A DNA stretch of 42,773 nt. Origin: Octopus sinensis (Eukaryota). The DNA lies in contig NW_021835051.1 in assembly GCF_006345805.1 (NCBI RefSeq), positions 1 through 42,773 of the forward strand, in the 5' to 3' direction. Below, piece after piece: positions 38,031-42,773 of the stretch. The translations under genes were made by a program, and so were the position numbers. Position 1 is the first letter of the stretch; the number at the start of each line of letters is the position of its first letter. The notes below the pieces were generated by a model. The model was not told the DNA's origin and ran no database searches. It saw only the letters and a list, made by a program, of their open reading frames with translations.

Positions 38031-38083
38031 CGCAAACACAAACATACACACCCATATATTTCTGGATCTGTACTGCTACTCAC

Positions 38084-38309
38084 CTTTTACCAAATATGAT
38101 ATTGTATATGACACTCGAAGTGAAGAGTGACAACTGTTTATTTAAGGAGAACGGTTTACCATTTTGAGATTGAAAAGTTTCGCCTAATCTCTGGGTTTCT
38201 AAAGACATCTTTTCTTCCAGAACTTTTTTGCCTACTCCTAGTTCCCGAAGTGCTGACATGGTAAACTTTCTCTGGTCTTTCCATTGTTTTCCAGAACTAA
38301 AAACGATAC
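38084..38309 (-). CDS. CYP2-like gene B exon 2
   Basis: Same length and splice sites as gene A exon 2; (G)IVFSSGKQWKDQRKF...KMSLETQRLGETF...QLSLF...FGK(R). Confidence 0.95.
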
Positions 38310-38515
38310 CTGAAACAATGAAGGTAAAAATAAGCTTTTCAACCTATATTTTGTTTTGAAATATTTAAAACTGAGAAGAATATTTGAAAATATTAGAAAC
38401 AATATCGAGATATTAAACATTTAGAGATTGTTTTGAATTCTTCGTTACGCATAGAATTCCTCAATACATATACATATATATATGTGTATATGTATATATA
38501 TATGTACATATATAA

Positions 38516-38686
<171 letters not shown>

Positions 38687-38687
38687 G

Positions 38688-38742
<55 letters not shown>

Positions 38743-39501
38743 ATATAAAAATAACAGGAACCAAGAGGTGGAACGAAACGACGAATCGGAACGAACCTGA
38801 CGCGGGGCGCTGTCAGACAATAATGTGATAAATAAAAATATATGCATACATACAAACATATATGTACGTACCTACATCTACATGTATATATACATGCATA
38901 TATAAATAATTATACGTGAGTACAGGATACCACAATAAGACGTAGAAACGGGAAAAACAAAAAAACAAAAAACAAGAAAACGAAAAAACAGTTACAGGAC
39001 GTGCTACACCGTCATCAGCTGTCGCTAGTAGACGTGCTACACCCATCATCAGCTGTCGCTAGTAGACTCAAGCATGTTTTGAAGGCAAGAGGGAACACTA
39101 ATCCACTAGGCCTTCCTGCGAGAGAATTAAAATAAAATTTATATATATATATATATATATATATAAATTAAATTAGAGATAAAACCACTATTAGGCAACT
39201 CAAACAGTGAAAGACATAAAACAAAACAGAAATAAAAATAATTAATATAATATACAAAATACAAAATTTTAAATTTAAATTATTTAAATTAAATTTAAAA
39301 TTTTAATTGTTAATTTATATTTATAAATTTATATATATATATTATATTATATTTTTATTATTTAATTATTTATTTAATAATTAAAAATATATATATATAA
39401 CTATCAAAATGTATTAAAAGTTTAATGTAAGATAAAAAGTATATATATCTTTATATATATATCTATCTATATTTATATATGCATATATATATCTATATTT
39501 A

Positions 39502-39663
<162 letters not shown>

Positions 39664-39762
39664 TCAATATAGGGTGCCAAAAAAAATTTTGTAGAATTTT
39701 TTTTGCCACCAGCGGCCTAGTGGGAAAAAATTAAATAGTCATAGACCATTTTTAAGTTCAAC

Positions 39763-40270
39763 ATCAACAATCAAGGAACGGCCATAATAGGCCATTCACC
39801 CACTAGAAATAACAGCCAAAGCTTCAACCGCAAATAAAAATTAATTCCGTAAACCAGGAGAAAATTAAAAAACATTTACCCTGTAATTTCTTATACGATG
39901 CACCGTTTCATCTGCTGTTTAATGGTAAACTAACCTGATTAAATTAAATCAAGCCAATCTTCCATAGGCCCTCAGATTCTTCAGTAAGAAATAGCCCAAG
40001 TCGGAACAGATATTTTCACGAGGCATTTCCGACCTTGCCAAGGTAATATCTGACCTAAAATTTTCAAATCGTCGCACTCGCGATTTAATTTAATCAGGTT
40101 AGTTTACCATTAAACAGCAGATGAAACGGTGCGTCGTATAAGAAATTACAGGGTAAATGTTTTTTAAATTTTCTCCTGGTTTACGGAATTAATTTTTATT
40201 TGCGGTTGAAGCTTTGGCTGTTATTTCTAGTGGGTGAATGGCCTATTATGGCCGTTCCTTGATTGTTGAT
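39763..40270. repeat. Long foldback, duplicate copy
   Basis: Same arms as 11973-12478, slightly better matched. Confidence 0.92.
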
Positions 40271-40489
40271 ATATATATATATATATATATATATAGATAT
40301 ATATATCTATATATATATGTTATATATATATATATATATATTTATATGTGTGTGTGTGTGTGTGTATGTGTGTGTGAAAGAATAAGTTCAAGTAGAAGAA
40401 TTCAAAAGTTTTGGGAGAGTCCAAAAAGATATATTTCTAATAATTATTCATCATATCAGAATGATATCCTGCTAAAGCAAGCAATTAAA

Positions 40490-41390
40490 ATATGAAAATA
40501 ACAAGTAAAGAGTTTGTTATAGGCATGTATAAGATAAAATCTTATATAAAACAGTACAAACAATTAGAAAAAGAAACCTATACCATAAGTTCGAATGGGT
40601 GACACGCCTAAAACAAACCACCATAGCAATAAGGAAAGCAAGAATATCATCATTTGGATTATAATTCCTTTTGCTAAGCATTGAAAGTCAGATATATTAG
40701 ATCCATTATTAAATAAAATAAAATAAAAAAACTCTAGATATGTTAATATATTCAATAACAAAATTATCAGATTTGGTTTTTCTGTAGCTCCCAACTTATT
40801 TAAGATTATTTCCACTTTTAACATGAGAAAATTAAACAATTTCTACAATGAAAAAACCCACTCTACTACACATACTAACCTCAATAATTCCAATAACTCC
40901 ATATCTATTAACAACGACTATCATAATCACATAACCCCAATTTCCCTTAATGCATATAGGCATTACAATAGACTTTCCAATATTAGTCCTAATTGTAACT
41001 GTAGACACCCAAATACCTGTGGGATAAAAGGTAACTGTAAAAAGAAAAATGTAGTATACCAAGCTACTATTACAACCCATAATCTCTCTAAGTTTAATTA
41101 TATAGGTTGTACACAGAACATATTTAAATTGAGCTTCAGTAACCATAAGTCACCTTTTAATGACCCTTGGAAGAAAAGAGTACCGGTCTATCAAAAATGG
41201 TTTGGCAATGAAAAGAGATAACAGATAACACAATTTCTTGGAAGATTATTTCTTTCTTCTGCCTCCTTCTTAGGATTAGCAATAGGACATGTATTTTATG
41301 CCTAAAAGAATATTATAAAATCATGAAAATGAATAATTCTCTCATAAATTCGAGAGATGAGTGAGATTTTTCTTGTAAACATGTCTAAAT
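40490..41390 (+). mobile_element. Penelope-like 3' fragment, duplicate copy
   Basis: Translation identical to 13031-13429. Confidence 0.8.
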
Positions 41391-41628
41391 TTCTTTTTAT
41401 TAACCTTAAATAGGTCTTTTTCTCCACAACCACTTTCTTCATATTGGTTTTTATTCTACTCATTACCTCTCCCTATTTCTTCATATAATACCCCCAATTT
41501 ACATATCTACTACACACCACACACCATATATTTATGTATATGAGTATATATCTATATATATATATATATATATATGTCCATGTAAATACGTGTTTGTGTA
41601 TGTATATATATGTGTATGTGCGTGTACA

Positions 41629-41673
<45 letters not shown>

Positions 41674-41972
41674 TATACGCATATTTGTATATATATTGTA
41701 TGTATGTGTGTATGTATGTGTGTATGCATGTGTATGTATGTATGTATGTAAGTGTCCATGCATATATGTGTATGTGTATATGTTATGTATGTGTATACGT
41801 GTGCATGTGTGTGTATGTATATATATATGAGTGTGTATATATGTATGTATATATGTATGTATATATATGTATATGTATGGGGGTATATATGTATATATGT
41901 GTATATTTTGCATTTTATATCCATATGTGTATGCATGTTATACATATGTATGTGTGTATATATACATTTGTG

Positions 41973-42017
<45 letters not shown>

Positions 42018-42629
42018 TATATGTGTGTGTGTGTTGTATGTATATATTTGTGTATGTATGTATATGTATATATATATATATATATATATGATATATATAT
42101 ATTGATATATATTTTTACTATTATTTTTCATATACCTATGTGAGTATTTTTTTCCTGTACATACATCAATATATTTCTTGTGTGTAGTTCGTATGTATGT
42201 TGACAATAAATTTTACAATAATCCATAAATTCAAAATAAGAGGTCGTGAATAAAAAGGAAAGAATAAACAAGTAAAAGTGAACAGAAAAGTATATAAGAT
42301 AACATATCTTTGTGTCTTCAGAGTCGTATATCTGTTGAAAGATAGTGTCTGCATTAAAGTCGTTTGGGTCGCTGTGACGGTACAACTTACCTGTTTAGTA
42401 ACATCACACTGCTGTCTGTAGCCAGAATTGTTGGAGATTTACGGCACCGATTAATTTAGTAACGGGCTGCTAGTGAAAATATTAACTATGTTTACCTACT
42501 TTGCCTTTCATCCTTTCGGGGGTCGATAAAAGAACTACAAATTGAATACGGGGTCGATGTAATCGACTTCCCTCCTCCCAGAAGTGCTGGCCTTGTGGCC
42601 AAAATTTGAAACCATTATGATTATTATTA

Positions 42630-42686
<57 letters not shown>

Positions 42687-42773
42687 CATTATTATTATCG
42701 TTACCCCCGCGTCGAGCAAAATGCTTAGCGGAATTTCGTCTGTCTTTACGTTCTGAGTTCAAATTCCGCCAAG

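Overview
AT-rich, microsatellite- and transposon-dense animal DNA. It is most likely an octopod cephalopod, inferred only from the SINE and repeat families. The window holds two tandem, minus-strand, clan-2 (CYP2-like) cytochrome P450 genes repeated at a period of about 27.8 kb. Gene A contributes coding exons 1-5 (20383 down to 2597); its 3' exons are not in the window. Gene B contributes exons 2-8 (38309 down to 25637); its exon 1 would lie beyond the right edge. All splice phases join in frame, and exon 1 of A plus exons 2-8 sum to 1497 nt (498 aa + stop) with all P450 motifs. The most notable observation is that gene B ends in two intact 179-nt terminal exons (28091-28269 and 25637-25815). 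Each carries the heme-ligand Cys, each has the same splice acceptor, and they are only 34/59 aa identical, which suggests alternative C-termini. The paralogues differ mostly by amino-acid-changing substitutions, while about 4 kb of intron 1 is nearly base-identical between copies (gene conversion or assembly artefact). Introns and intergenic DNA contain decayed Penelope-like elements with hammerhead-ribozyme-like motifs, mariner and R4/Dong-like fragments, SINEs and several foldback hairpins. Exon coordinates were counted to the base by hand; repeat boundaries are approximate.
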